Of a stretch of 64,000 bases of DNA, positions 8,996 to 19,970 are shown one piece after another; within the stretch, counting starts at the first letter, position 1; each line of letters starts with the position of its first letter. The DNA lies in the IMG/VR virus record IMGVR_UViG_3300012274_000057, positions 1 to 64,000 of that record; one strand, given 5' to 3'. A program made the position numbers and the translations under genes. The stretch is from an uncultured virus (IMG/VR IMGVR_UViG_3300012274_000057). Its lineage: Duplodnaviria > Heunggongvirae > Uroviricota > Caudoviricetes. The notes under the pieces were generated by a model, which saw nothing but the letters and a program-made list of their open reading frames with translations, was not told the DNA's origin and searched no databases.

Positions 8996-11173
8996 ATGAT
9001 AAAATATAATGGCATTATAACAACTTTAGATAATGCTTTTCCGTATAATACAGCGTATGGAAATCCTCCAAAAATAACAAATAATGAATTAATATTAGGT
9101 ACACAAGCAGGTCAAGCCCATCAAGGATCGAGTGTAATATTAAACAGTCTTCCAGAATTTATAGTAGAAGATGGGCTTAAAATAGAAATAGATTTAAACT
9201 GTTCTGGATATTATATGACTTCGTCTAACCTTGTAATATCTTTATTACAAAGAAATACATCGTATAGCGGATATGATGTATATGGTATATCAACTTTAGC
9301 TAAATTAATTAGTGCTACTTTTTCAAGAGAAGATCCTAGTAAATTTAGTAAAATTATTATAGAAGTTGTTAGTGTAGTTAATAAGACATTTAATGTGTAT
9401 GACCAAAATAATAATATTATTAAAGAATGGAATGGAGACTCATCTAGTTATTCTGGAATAAATAAATCTATGGCTACAAGTGTAGGAGGGAAATCTGCTG
9501 TACTACACATAGGTGTAGGAGCATATAATTATGAAGCTAATTATATTATAAAAAATATAAAAGTAATACAATCAGATCATATAACTATAAATACTAGTTT
9601 GCAAAGTTCATATTCATTACCACCACTCATAAATATATCATCAGCTACTGCACAACAATTGTTAGTAAAATCTGGTGATAATATTATTGTAAATAAACAG
9701 GGTATAGCAGGATTCAATTATAATATAAATTTTGATAAAATATGGGATTTATATAATGATGGCGATGTTATAAATACAGGTATAAATAATGATGAAGTAA
9801 AAATACAATTTAATAAATCGTATATTAAAAAAGAATTATATAATAATGTATATACTAATAAAGATATAGTTATAGATTATACTATAAATCCGTCCTATAA
9901 TGATTCTAATATAGCTTTACAATATATTTATAATATCACTTTAGACGGAGAGGTATTATTATATCAAAATACGTTAACAGATCAAATAACACAATCTTCA
10001 ATATCTGTACCTTATAATAAATTAATAAAAGCTGACTATAAAGATATAATAGATAGGAATTTGGTAATAAATAAAACTAATAATAGTACGGGAGAAATAA
10101 TTAGTTTTAATATACCTATAAAAATAAATCCTAAAAGATTATTTAGTAAATATTTTAATGGTACTACTAACTATATTACTATTAAAAATTGGACTAAACC
10201 TTTATCTGAATTAGTGATACAAGTAGTAAAGAAATCTTCAACAGATAGCGATTTTATTGTATCTACTGATAATACTTTAGTATCTTTATCTGGAACTGAT
10301 TTAAAAATTGGTGGGATATCTTCATTTATTGGTAATATATATGAAGTAAGAGTATGGGGAAAAAGTAAGGAACAATCATATACTTATGATCAGTTATATG
10401 GTGACGAAGAAGGATTATATGCTTTATATAGATTAAACGAGTATAATTCAAAAAATATATATGATAGTACTATAAATAAATTACATGGTGTTTATACTGG
10501 AAATTTATTAAACCAAGATATAGTACCAAGTAATAGTAATTATCTAACAACTATTAACTCTTCTATTGATATAAATGATATTGTACAACAAAAAGAAGAT
10601 TATGAATATAATTATTCTATTCAATGTAAAAAGGCATCATATAGAAATGTAAATATTGGAGTTAATGAGATATCGTTACCTTTAAATAATTTATCTATAT
10701 TACAAAATCTATTTATAAAGAGAGATTCATGGGATTACGATAGTAATTATACAGTTGGACAATCATTAACACAGCCAGAAAGAGGTTGGAAGAGAATAGA
10801 CGATCGAAATACTAATATAAAATATGGAAGTTATTACTATCCAACTGCACCTTTAGGGGCTTATAACGATACAGTATATCATAATGAAAAAAGTTCATAT
10901 ATACAATTTAAGTTTAAAGGTAGAGGGTTAAGAGTTATAGCACAAACTGGATCTAGTTATAAATGTGATAATATAAAAATAACTATAGATAGTGATATAT
11001 ATTATTTCAATACTATGTCATACAATGTTAGACAGTGTATTGTATTCGAAAAAATATTGCCAAATACAATACACACTGTTACGGTAGATACTAGAGAATA
11101 CAAATTATATTATACATTTGATTTTGATGCTATAGACATAAATGAAGATGGTTATATGATACCAATATCTTAA
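8996..11173 (+). CDS. Putative tail fibre/adhesin with a shortened LamG-like and a carbohydrate-binding-like module
   Basis: YFNG...F.GNIYEVRVW...LYALYRLNE (LamG-like); C-terminal GWKRIDDR...DAIDI module; paralog of the next gene. Confidence 0.6.
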   Translation: MIKYNGIITTLDNAFPYNTAYGNPPKITNNELILGTQAGQAHQGSSVILNSLPEFIVEDGLKIEIDLNCSGYYMTSSNLVISLLQRNTSYSGYDVYGISTLAKLISATFSREDPSKFSKIIIEVVSVVNKTFNVYDQNNNIIKEWNGDSSSYSGINKSMATSVGGKSAVLHIGVGAYNYEANYIIKNIKVIQSDHITINTSLQSSYSLPPLINISSATAQQLLVKSGDNIIVNKQGIAGFNYNINFDKIWDLYNDGDVINTGINNDEVKIQFNKSYIKKELYNNVYTNKDIVIDYTINPSYNDSNIALQYIYNITLDGEVLLYQNTLTDQITQSSISVPYNKLIKADYKDIIDRNLVINKTNNSTGEIISFNIPIKINPKRLFSKYFNGTTNYITIKNWTKPLSELVIQVVKKSSTDSDFIVSTDNTLVSLSGTDLKIGGISSFIGNIYEVRVWGKSKEQSYTYDQLYGDEEGLYALYRLNEYNSKNIYDSTINKLHGVYTGNLLNQDIVPSNSNYLTTINSSIDINDIVQQKEDYEYNYSIQCKKASYRNVNIGVNEISLPLNNLSILQNLFIKRDSWDYDSNYTVGQSLTQPERGWKRIDDRNTNIKYGSYYYPTAPLGAYNDTVYHNEKSSYIQFKFKGRGLRVIAQTGSSYKCDNIKITIDSDIYYFNTMSYNVRQCIVFEKILPNTIHTVTVDTREYKLYYTFDFDAIDINEDGYMIPIS

Positions 11174-11198
11174 TAAATAATAGAGGAGTTGAAATAAC

Positions 11199-13658
11199 AT
11201 GAGTACTATATTAAAATCAACAGAAATCATAAATATTACAGCGTCAGTACCGTCTTTTAGCAGTGCGTTTCAACCATATCACTTTAAGGATTCATCTGGA
11301 TTTGTAGCTGCTAGAGATCAGTCATTTCCAATATATTTATTCTTTGATACTAGTATAAAAGTATTACCAGATCGTATATCATTTTTATCTGTATATACAG
11401 CTGGGTATGAAGCTATAAAAAACTTTGAATTACAAGCATCAGACACTGGTTTATTTACTGGAGAAGAAGTTGTATTACTAGCTGCTATGCATCCAGATGC
11501 AAATAGTAGTGCTGTTACTTATAATATCACAAATAATAATATTAAATATAATCATTTTAGACTTAAATTCATAGATTATTATACTGGTAATGGTGGTGGA
11601 GAAATAGTTATAAAAGAGTTTAAAATGTATAGAAATAATAATATAGTAGGAGATTCTATAACTAGTCCTGAAACTGGATGGAAAAGGATAGATGATAGTG
11701 AAATTGGAAATAATTTTATAAATGGGGAATATTTAATAAATTCTAATATGTATAATGGTTCATTTCTAATGATGAATGGTGAAGGTTCAAAAGAAATATC
11801 ATTTAAATTTAAAGGTACTAAACTTAGATTAATATCAGAATGGTATGCAAATAGATCTCAAAATATAAAAATAGATATAGATAATCTACCAACAGAAACA
11901 TTTTCTCAATATATAGCTAGCGGAAATCCATTTCAGGTTATAGGATATGAGAAAGAAGGATTAGAAGATATTGTCCATGATGTAAAGATATATTCCAATG
12001 ATTTATACTCATTGGATGCTATAGATTTAGATGAAAGTGGATATATAGATAGTTTTTTCATAGGATGTAGTGTTATAAACAATGCTAATTTCCCATCATT
12101 GTTAGATATAACATTTTCTAAAAATATTACATCATTAAATATATTAATAAATAATGAATCTAAATTGCTATTATCTGGTATAAATATTAATTTATATAAA
12201 TATAATTTAGATAAAATATGGGATGAGTTATTATATGATACTAATTATAATATAATTGTATCTACAGATAAAGGAGACAGTAATGTTTATACTATAATTA
12301 AACCATCTCCAGAAATTTCTTTATATAATAATATATATACTAATAAAGATATAACTGTCAATTATACTATAAATCCATCATATGATAATACAAATACCCC
12401 ATTATTATACACATATAATATATCTCTAGATGGAGAATTATTATCAGCATCTGATGAATCATCTAATCAACAAATTTCATCATCTATAACTATACCTTAT
12501 AATAAATTAATAAAAGGTAATTATACATTTATAACTGATAGAAATTTAATATTTAGTAAATTAAATTCAGATGGTCAGACTATTAATTTTAATATACCTA
12601 TAAGAATAAATCCAAGAAGAATGTTTAGTAAATATTTCAATGGAGTTAATAGTAATATAACTATTAAAAATTGGACCAAACCTTTATCTGAATTAGTGAT
12701 ACAAGTAGTAAAAAAATCATCTATAGATAGTAATTTTATAGTAATAACAGATAATACTTTAGTGTCTTTGGTTGGAAGTGAATTAAAGATAGGCGGAATA
12801 TCAACATTTACTGGCAATATATATGAAGTAAGAATATGGGAGAAAGGATTCGAACAACCTTATACTTATGATCAATTATATGGTAATGAATATAAACTAT
12901 ATGCATTATATACGTTAAATGAATACAATTCTAAAAATATATATGATAATTGTGGCAAGTTTCATGGAACTTACACTGGAGAATTAATAAATCAAGATAT
13001 TGTTCCAAATAATATTAGCCATCTTACTATACCTATTATAGATTGTGAAAATGGTATAGTTAAACAAAAAGAAGATTATTCTTACGAATATAATATAGAA
13101 TCTCCAAAGAGTTACTTTTTTAATTCGCTTAATAATAAAAATAATGTAGTTATTGATCATATAGAAATAAACATTCCTAATAAAATAATAAATATTAATA
13201 AATTATTAATAAGAAAACCATTTGATACTAATTTTAAAGTAGGAGATATTATATTGCAACCCGAATTTGGTTGGAAACGAATAGATGATAGAGATGCAAA
13301 TATCATTTATAGTAAATCTACTCGTACAAATATATCATCTGCATATAATAATACTTACACTCAAGTAGATAATACAATTACAACTACTATTAAATTTTCA
13401 TTTTTCGGTTCTATATTAAGAATTATAGGTAGAACATATCCAACATACCCAGCTGGATTAGAAATTAATATAGATAATAGTATTGTGGAAACATTCACAT
13501 CTGTCGGTTCAGATAAATGGCAAGTTATATTATATCAAAATATAAATTTAAGTAAAGATATACACAATGTAACTATAACATGTCCTGTTAATAATCTAGG
13601 ATTTACTTTAGATGCTATAGATATAAATCAAGATGGTTACTTATTACCAATATCTTAA
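11199..13658 (+). CDS. Putative tail fibre/adhesin paralog with a discoidin-like N-terminus and two GWKRIDD modules
   Basis: KNFELQASD...YNHFRL..I (F5/8-like); shares a central ~260 aa with 8996-11173. Confidence 0.6.
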   Translation: MSTILKSTEIINITASVPSFSSAFQPYHFKDSSGFVAARDQSFPIYLFFDTSIKVLPDRISFLSVYTAGYEAIKNFELQASDTGLFTGEEVVLLAAMHPDANSSAVTYNITNNNIKYNHFRLKFIDYYTGNGGGEIVIKEFKMYRNNNIVGDSITSPETGWKRIDDSEIGNNFINGEYLINSNMYNGSFLMMNGEGSKEISFKFKGTKLRLISEWYANRSQNIKIDIDNLPTETFSQYIASGNPFQVIGYEKEGLEDIVHDVKIYSNDLYSLDAIDLDESGYIDSFFIGCSVINNANFPSLLDITFSKNITSLNILINNESKLLLSGININLYKYNLDKIWDELLYDTNYNIIVSTDKGDSNVYTIIKPSPEISLYNNIYTNKDITVNYTINPSYDNTNTPLLYTYNISLDGELLSASDESSNQQISSSITIPYNKLIKGNYTFITDRNLIFSKLNSDGQTINFNIPIRINPRRMFSKYFNGVNSNITIKNWTKPLSELVIQVVKKSSIDSNFIVITDNTLVSLVGSELKIGGISTFTGNIYEVRIWEKGFEQPYTYDQLYGNEYKLYALYTLNEYNSKNIYDNCGKFHGTYTGELINQDIVPNNISHLTIPIIDCENGIVKQKEDYSYEYNIESPKSYFFNSLNNKNNVVIDHIEINIPNKIININKLLIRKPFDTNFKVGDIILQPEFGWKRIDDRDANIIYSKSTRTNISSAYNNTYTQVDNTITTTIKFSFFGSILRIIGRTYPTYPAGLEINIDNSIVETFTSVGSDKWQVILYQNINLSKDIHNVTITCPVNNLGFTLDAIDINQDGYLLPIS

Positions 13659-13735
13659 TAATATAAATACATACTTACATATGTAAGTATGTATTTTAAC
13701 ATTATATTAATTAAATAAAGGAGAGGTGATTAATA

Positions 13736-15160
13736 ATGTCAGAATGTTTATTTAAAGCTGGTACAACGTATTATTCATTAAATTCTAATGGTGAAATAAT
13801 ATATTCAGATATAATGCCAGAAAAATTTGTTTTTAATTCTTATGATTATTTTATAAGAACAGATGTTAAAATATCTAAATCTAGTATATCTACATCTACT
13901 TTAGCCACTTTAACATCAAATAAATATCCGTTAAAAAATAAATATTATACATCAATAACTTCAGTTACATCTAATATTAATACTAAATTTATTATTCAAG
14001 ATGGAACAAAATTATATTCTATCAACCCACTTACATTGATAAAAGATAACGGGGATATAACTATAGATGATATAGCTACACATGGGCAAACAACTGTAAT
14101 ATTAAATAAAGATGAAATTAAATCATTATCAGAATCTGCTGTTTTATTATCATATGTAGATACTTCAGAAGGGTTGCAATCCAATGCTATTTTTGATATA
14201 AGTCTTAATAGAAGTTTCTTATGTGCGTTAGACCAATCAGATGTTAAATTTTTATATTACAATTTAGATGCACCTTTATTAGATACTGTTGAAATATGTG
14301 GATTAGAAAAATCCAGTTTCAGTTATTCGGTAAATATAGATAGTTCTGTAGATCCATTAATATCTGAAACTGTAAACGATGATGTAGACTCTAGCGTAAT
14401 TATACCATCTAGTCAATTTACAACTTCTGAAAATCCATATCATGTAAATATACAAGTTATAGATGAAAAATTAAAAACGTATAGTAAAACTACTACATTA
14501 TCTTTACAAAATACCGAGCCTAATATATTGGTAACTATGATTAATATGATTGCAAGAATTGATTTCAACGATCCAGATCAAAATAGAATTAAGTATAAGG
14601 TTTTTTTAAATGGTGAACAAATAGCACCAAGTGTAGGAGAATGGACTGAATTAATTACTACACCAACATATTTTACAACTAGATTCAAGTCTAATGAGAT
14701 AATAGTTGGGGGTAATAATATATTAAGAGTAGTAGCTGAAGATGAATATGGTAAACAAGGTCAAGTTATTTACAACTTTATAGGAGAATTATCTGGTTTA
14801 TTATTTATAGATGAAAATAATAATGTGTGCTCAGATGATTTAGGAAATATTATCAGAGCATTTGATATGGGTAAAATCAATGCAGGAAGGACTAGTGAAA
14901 CTAAGCTTGTTAAAGTCAAAAATACATGCGGGTACGATGTTATAAATGCTAGTATCCAAATAGAAGCACTAAATCCAGATTCAAAGTATACAGTATATAT
15001 TTCCAAGGAAAATAATCCATTTATAGATTCTAATAATTTAACTATATCTAAAATAGCAAATAATACAGAAGATTATTTTTATGTAAAAGTAGTTACTAAT
15101 CCCGAAATAGAGTACGGCGGAAACTTCTATATAAACGTTCAATCTGAACCATCTAGATAG
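13736..15160 (+). CDS. Putative virion protein with Ig-like beta domains
   Basis: 474 aa, beta-rich, late promoter at 13698. Confidence 0.55.
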   Translation: MSECLFKAGTTYYSLNSNGEIIYSDIMPEKFVFNSYDYFIRTDVKISKSSISTSTLATLTSNKYPLKNKYYTSITSVTSNINTKFIIQDGTKLYSINPLTLIKDNGDITIDDIATHGQTTVILNKDEIKSLSESAVLLSYVDTSEGLQSNAIFDISLNRSFLCALDQSDVKFLYYNLDAPLLDTVEICGLEKSSFSYSVNIDSSVDPLISETVNDDVDSSVIIPSSQFTTSENPYHVNIQVIDEKLKTYSKTTTLSLQNTEPNILVTMINMIARIDFNDPDQNRIKYKVFLNGEQIAPSVGEWTELITTPTYFTTRFKSNEIIVGGNNILRVVAEDEYGKQGQVIYNFIGELSGLLFIDENNNVCSDDLGNIIRAFDMGKINAGRTSETKLVKVKNTCGYDVINASIQIEALNPDSKYTVYISKENNPFIDSNNLTISKIANNTEDYFYVKVVTNPEIEYGGNFYINVQSEPSR

Positions 15161-15172
15161 GGGGGGATTAGA

Positions 15173-17071
15173 ATGATAGAATTTTCTCAATACAATGAGA
15201 GTACAATAGAATCAGCTAGATCTGAATATCAATTTACCACTTGGTGGGATAGCTTTATAAGCGGTAGAGCCGAAATAAGATCTAAAGCTACAATAGATGA
15301 TAGTTTTAAAGGAAATGCTTTTATATATAAGGAAAAACAATCTCTTTTAAAATTTGCAATGGGAGTAAGATCTTTATCTAGAATACAAAACAATGAATTA
15401 ATTATACAAGATACCTATGTATCCACATTAATGCCTTCTGTATCTTTTGGAGATTCTAGTTTTATCAAAATAGGTGTGGATAAATCTAATAAATATAGAT
15501 CATTATTAGATTTTGATATTTCTTCTGCAAAAGGTAAATATATCACAAAAGCTAATTTAGTATTGTTTTCACAAGATAAAAGAACTCTCACAGTGGATGT
15601 TTCATTGGCAGATAATGAATGGAAGGAAAATTCTATAACATGGAATTATCATCCTAACAAACTACAATCTGCACCATCAACACGAGTAACGCTTGATGGA
15701 ACTGTTACCAATAAATTCTCTATAGATTTAAAACCTTTTATTAAACACTATGAAGATAATAGTTTAGACTTTTCTTCTTTTAATGGTGTTATACTAACAT
15801 CTAATGAATTAGAATCTAATTATAAAACATTTTTATCAAAAGAATATTCTAATGCAGGTTTAAGACCTTATGTTTATATAGAATATTTAGACCCAGATAC
15901 ATTTATAAATGAAGATGAAATAATCAAAGGGTATGCAATGATTCATGGTTCAAGAACTTACTCTGATGAATTAAAAGGTAAAGCTTATATAGATAGAGAA
16001 GACATGTATAGCAAAATTAAATGTACAGCTTACATTAAACCTGAGAAAATAGACGGTAAAGCTAGTATATCTGTCATAAATGATATATTAAAAGCTAAAT
16101 CATTTATAGTATATGAAGATAGAAGTCTTAATGGAAAAGCAGAGATATATGGATTTAATATAGATGATACATTATCATGTAAAGCCTTAATACCTCCAGA
16201 TAAAATTAAATGTAAAGCTAGAATAATAGTAAATAGTAATATTAATGGTAAAGCCACAATCTATGGTTCTGGAATGAATGATGAATTACATGCATTATCC
16301 AATATCGTTGCTAATGATAATCAGATGAAGGGTAATGCAATAATTAAGTATTTTGATGAATCAATACAAGGTAAAGCATTGATTAGAGATTTATTAATAG
16401 ATGCTCAAATGTATGCAAAAGCTGATATTATTGCCAGTAGTACTATGCAAGGAACAGCATCTATTAGATACGATGATGCTATATCAGCAACAAGTACTAT
16501 TAAAGCTATAAATGATACATTAACAGGTAGTGTATTTATTAAACATGAAAACCAGATACAAGCTAAGTCTATAATTAAAGCTATGAATAACGATTTAAAA
16601 GGTTTAGCTGCTATTACAGTAGAAAGTATAGTAGGTACTGTTTTAGTACAGAGTACAAGTGATATACAAGCAAAATCAACTATTATGGCAATAAATAATA
16701 TTTTAGGGTTATCTTCTATACAAATTTCAGAAAAAGGTATAGACGGATTAGCTGATATTATAGTTATAAACGTAAATGATGACTTAAAGGGTATAGCTGA
16801 AATTAGAGAGATATCAAGTGAATTTAATGGTAAAGCAACTATTATAGGTGTAAATGAAACATTATCTGGTATAGTATCTATAGGACTGGAAGAAAGAGGA
16901 ATAACTGGTAAGGTATTAATCCAATCATTAGATTCAATAACTTGTACATGTAATATCATTAGTAACAATGATGAATTTAAAGCGACTGCTATTATTAATT
17001 GTCAAGAAAAAGGTATTACTGGTAAAGCTATTATAGAATCAGACGATGGGATGTTCTGGTTTATTATGTAA
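15173..17071 (+). CDS. DNRLRE-like domain protein with a C-terminal short-repeat stalk
   Basis: DTYVS..P...FG...YRSLLDFD...W.E.SITWN..P...RPYVYIEY followed by ~11-14 aa repeats (l.GkA.I). Confidence 0.7.
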   Translation: MIEFSQYNESTIESARSEYQFTTWWDSFISGRAEIRSKATIDDSFKGNAFIYKEKQSLLKFAMGVRSLSRIQNNELIIQDTYVSTLMPSVSFGDSSFIKIGVDKSNKYRSLLDFDISSAKGKYITKANLVLFSQDKRTLTVDVSLADNEWKENSITWNYHPNKLQSAPSTRVTLDGTVTNKFSIDLKPFIKHYEDNSLDFSSFNGVILTSNELESNYKTFLSKEYSNAGLRPYVYIEYLDPDTFINEDEIIKGYAMIHGSRTYSDELKGKAYIDREDMYSKIKCTAYIKPEKIDGKASISVINDILKAKSFIVYEDRSLNGKAEIYGFNIDDTLSCKALIPPDKIKCKARIIVNSNINGKATIYGSGMNDELHALSNIVANDNQMKGNAIIKYFDESIQGKALIRDLLIDAQMYAKADIIASSTMQGTASIRYDDAISATSTIKAINDTLTGSVFIKHENQIQAKSIIKAMNNDLKGLAAITVESIVGTVLVQSTSDIQAKSTIMAINNILGLSSIQISEKGIDGLADIIVINVNDDLKGIAEIREISSEFNGKATIIGVNETLSGIVSIGLEERGITGKVLIQSLDSITCTCNIISNNDEFKATAIINCQEKGITGKAIIESDDGMFWFIM

Positions 17072-17082
17072 AATGATATATC

Positions 17083-17120
17083 AAAAAAAAAGAGAGAAGT
17101 AGCAAATGCTACTTCTCTTT
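17083..17120. terminator. Bidirectional intrinsic terminator
   Basis: agagaagtagc-aaat-gctacttctct between convergent genes. Confidence 0.85.
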
Positions 17121-17127
17121 GTACTTT

Positions 17128-19260
17128 TTACAATTTTAATATATTTGTATAATTATTATTATCATTTCCTCTATAAATATTAAGTTGTTCTATTGGGAAA
17201 TGTTTTGCATTATCATTTATAATAGTTTTATAATCTATAAATTCTGTTAGCCATTTTGGAATTTCTACATTCTTTGGAACTGCAACACAATCGATTCCAG
17301 ATGCATAATCTTTTTGTTTCATTAATTCAGTTAATTTTTGAAACAATTCTGGTTCTTCTATTTCAAAATGTGTAATTTTTTTAGGGTTTATAATTACTTT
17401 AAGCAAATCTATACCATTTCTAGATGATAAATCTATTGCTTCTAAGCCTTCATCTTTTATAGCATTCCAAACTATTGAAGCTTTTATACCTTGAATTCTC
17501 ATAGGATTTTCATAGTTATTTATAGATTTTATTGTAACTGGTTTATAAAATTTCTTTTCACCACTCTCAAGAGATCGATATATTTCATTTTCGAATTTAG
17601 CTAATTCTTTTATAAGTCTTAATTCATCTATTTCATCACAAGTTAATACTTCTTCGTACATAATCTCTTGTAATCTCTCTTGGGTTCTCTTATTTAGATT
17701 TGATTTACCCATCATAAGACCTTTTATGTCTTGTTGTTTACCTTTAGGAACTATATTTCCTTCTTGAAGTTCTTGTATACTTGCATAATTTTTTTTTACA
17801 TCCATTAATAATATTCTTTTAAATAAAAATTCATTTTTCATTATTAATAAACATTTTTTATTTTTATCATAAGAATTAGAATGCATAGTGAATTTTTCCA
17901 TATAATCATTTATCACATTGCCTATGCAATATGCTAATATATTTATTATAGAGTATCTTACCCCTTCTTGTGGGATAATTTTAATTGGATTAATAGCTTT
18001 ACTCATTTGAACAATCTCATCTTGGTAGAAATCGTAATCTACTGGTTCATCTAAAATCTCAACCATTTTTTGACCATCTATTAAATCCCCAAATTCATCT
18101 TTTTCTAGAAATCCGACCATAGGAACCATTTCATGCTTGATTTTTAAATCTATATTTTGTATTTTTTCAAATACAAATCTATACCATGCATCTAAAGATA
18201 TTATACAACTATCAGTATCTGTTATTATACAAACTTTCCTAATCATATTATCATATCTATCCAATCTATCAATAATTTGATGAGAGTAGTATACATATTC
18301 CATTATAATATCATTAAGTTCGTCTAGTTCTACACTTATTTCTTTCGGTGGTTTATTAGGGTCTAGAAATGGAGATTCTAATTTACTAAGTATATATATT
18401 AAAGCTCTTTCCATAGATTTGTTTTCCATAAATGAAAATAAGTTATTTTTATAATATAATCTATTTAAATCTTGTTGGGTTAAATTACATATTATTCCCC
18501 AAACTATATCCATATCTTCCTCTGATGGAATATAATTAAATCCACTTGTAGTCATTAATTTATAGAAGCATTCTGCATGAGTTATATTTTCATCTAGTAT
18601 AAGTCTATCGTCATATTTTCTATGCTCCTGACATACATTATCTATATAAGTAACTATTTCATCTAATGAACCGAAAAGTACGTTATTCGCTAAGAACATT
18701 TCAAATTGTAAACCAGCCGCTGATATACAAGCTCTTCCTTGAGTAGTAACAGAAGCTGCAACATGAAGATTATAGTATAAACAACTATACATTCCGCATG
18801 CACCATAGAATCCATTGGCATCAATTTTTGCTAGTAATTGCAACAAATTGAATTTTTCAAATTCCTCAGAACCTTTTGGATACTTAAACATTTCTTTCTT
18901 ATAAATATTTCTACCTTCCATAAATGTTTCAAGGAGTTTAGCTATTGGGTTTGGAGCTTCAGCATGTTTCTTAAACATGACTCCATAAGGCGTAATAATT
19001 GGTTCTCTTGTCATAACATATTCCGCTAAATGCAATACATCTATATTAATCTGCTTATGTTTATAATTATTATCTATTACTGCTTTTCCATTTTTCATTC
19101 TTGAAATAATAGAATAATCTAAAGCATCTATTAATTCATCATTTGATAATGTTGGAAATGAAAGTTTTAATAACCTCATTGCCACCTTTTTATATTCGTT
19201 TACAATCTTCATTTCAAGTATTTCTTTTTGTGAATCATTAAATTTATTAAATGAACTCAT
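17128..19260 (-). CDS. Family B DNA polymerase, polymerase-domain subunit (split, phiKZ/AR9 type)
   Basis: KIDANGFYG (motif B), ITDTDS (motif C), KKNYA, IKGL; no exonuclease domain or DxxSLYP motif A visible. Confidence 0.85.
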   Translation of the reverse strand: MSSFNKFNDSQKEILEMKIVNEYKKVAMRLLKLSFPTLSNDELIDALDYSIISRMKNGKAVIDNNYKHKQINIDVLHLAEYVMTREPIITPYGVMFKKHAEAPNPIAKLLETFMEGRNIYKKEMFKYPKGSEEFEKFNLLQLLAKIDANGFYGACGMYSCLYYNLHVAASVTTQGRACISAAGLQFEMFLANNVLFGSLDEIVTYIDNVCQEHRKYDDRLILDENITHAECFYKLMTTSGFNYIPSEEDMDIVWGIICNLTQQDLNRLYYKNNLFSFMENKSMERALIYILSKLESPFLDPNKPPKEISVELDELNDIIMEYVYYSHQIIDRLDRYDNMIRKVCIITDTDSCIISLDAWYRFVFEKIQNIDLKIKHEMVPMVGFLEKDEFGDLIDGQKMVEILDEPVDYDFYQDEIVQMSKAINPIKIIPQEGVRYSIINILAYCIGNVINDYMEKFTMHSNSYDKNKKCLLIMKNEFLFKRILLMDVKKNYASIQELQEGNIVPKGKQQDIKGLMMGKSNLNKRTQERLQEIMYEEVLTCDEIDELRLIKELAKFENEIYRSLESGEKKFYKPVTIKSINNYENPMRIQGIKASIVWNAIKDEGLEAIDLSSRNGIDLLKVIINPKKITHFEIEEPELFQKLTELMKQKDYASGIDCVAVPKNVEIPKWLTEFIDYKTIINDNAKHFPIEQLNIYRGNDNNNYTNILKL

Positions 19261-19412
19261 CTTACCATCTCTCCTTGCTTTAAATCAATTACTTATATGT
19301 TTATGGGTAATTATAATGATACAATAGACTTAATTCGATAGTATTCTTATTGAATATATTAACATTTAATTAAATTATAAATTTATAAATATATTTGTTA
19401 GGAGGAATAAAT

Positions 19413-19829
19413 ATGTCAATATTCGGAGGAAATGTCTACGGGACTTCAATTGAAGATGATTTAAAAAATCCAAATGAACTTTTAGAAAGTTATATCTACG
19501 ATGAAGTATCTAGATTACCTGATGATAAAAGAGAACAATTCGTTAAAGAACATGGTACTGTTATGTGTGAGGCTGGTTTAATAGGAAAGAGAACTTTAGT
19601 TAGATTAAGCAAGGGTGACGACTTAGAAAGAAGATTAGGTATGGCTGCTCTTCAAATAGCTAAAGATAATGATGATCCTCTTTTTGCTCAACTTTCTAAA
19701 ATTAGAACTAGAGAAAGAGAACTATTGGAAAAAATTAATACTAAGTATATGTCTAAAGCATCTAAAGCTGCTAAGATTGGACAAAAACAATACTTAAAAA
19801 CAAAAATACCTTCAGGATTTATGAGATAA
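19413..19829 (+). CDS. Hypothetical late protein, possibly an internal head protein
   Basis: ATG at 19413 after SD aggagg; late promoter at 19361; terminator follows. Confidence 0.7.
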   Translation: MSIFGGNVYGTSIEDDLKNPNELLESYIYDEVSRLPDDKREQFVKEHGTVMCEAGLIGKRTLVRLSKGDDLERRLGMAALQIAKDNDDPLFAQLSKIRTRERELLEKINTKYMSKASKAAKIGQKQYLKTKIPSGFMR

Positions 19830-19970
19830 TCCAAAAGAGTAATAGCAATTGCTATTACTCTTTAAACTTTGTTAAAATTATATATTATATATGTAATAAA
19901 GAAAGGAGTTATTAGGAATTTAAATGTATTAAAACATTTAATTAAATACGTAATTTAGGGAGGATTAATT

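Noticed and set aside
9840..13090. Possible DGR template/variable repeat pair
   Set aside because: Differences are not adenine-specific, both copies are coding, and no reverse transcriptase is in the window
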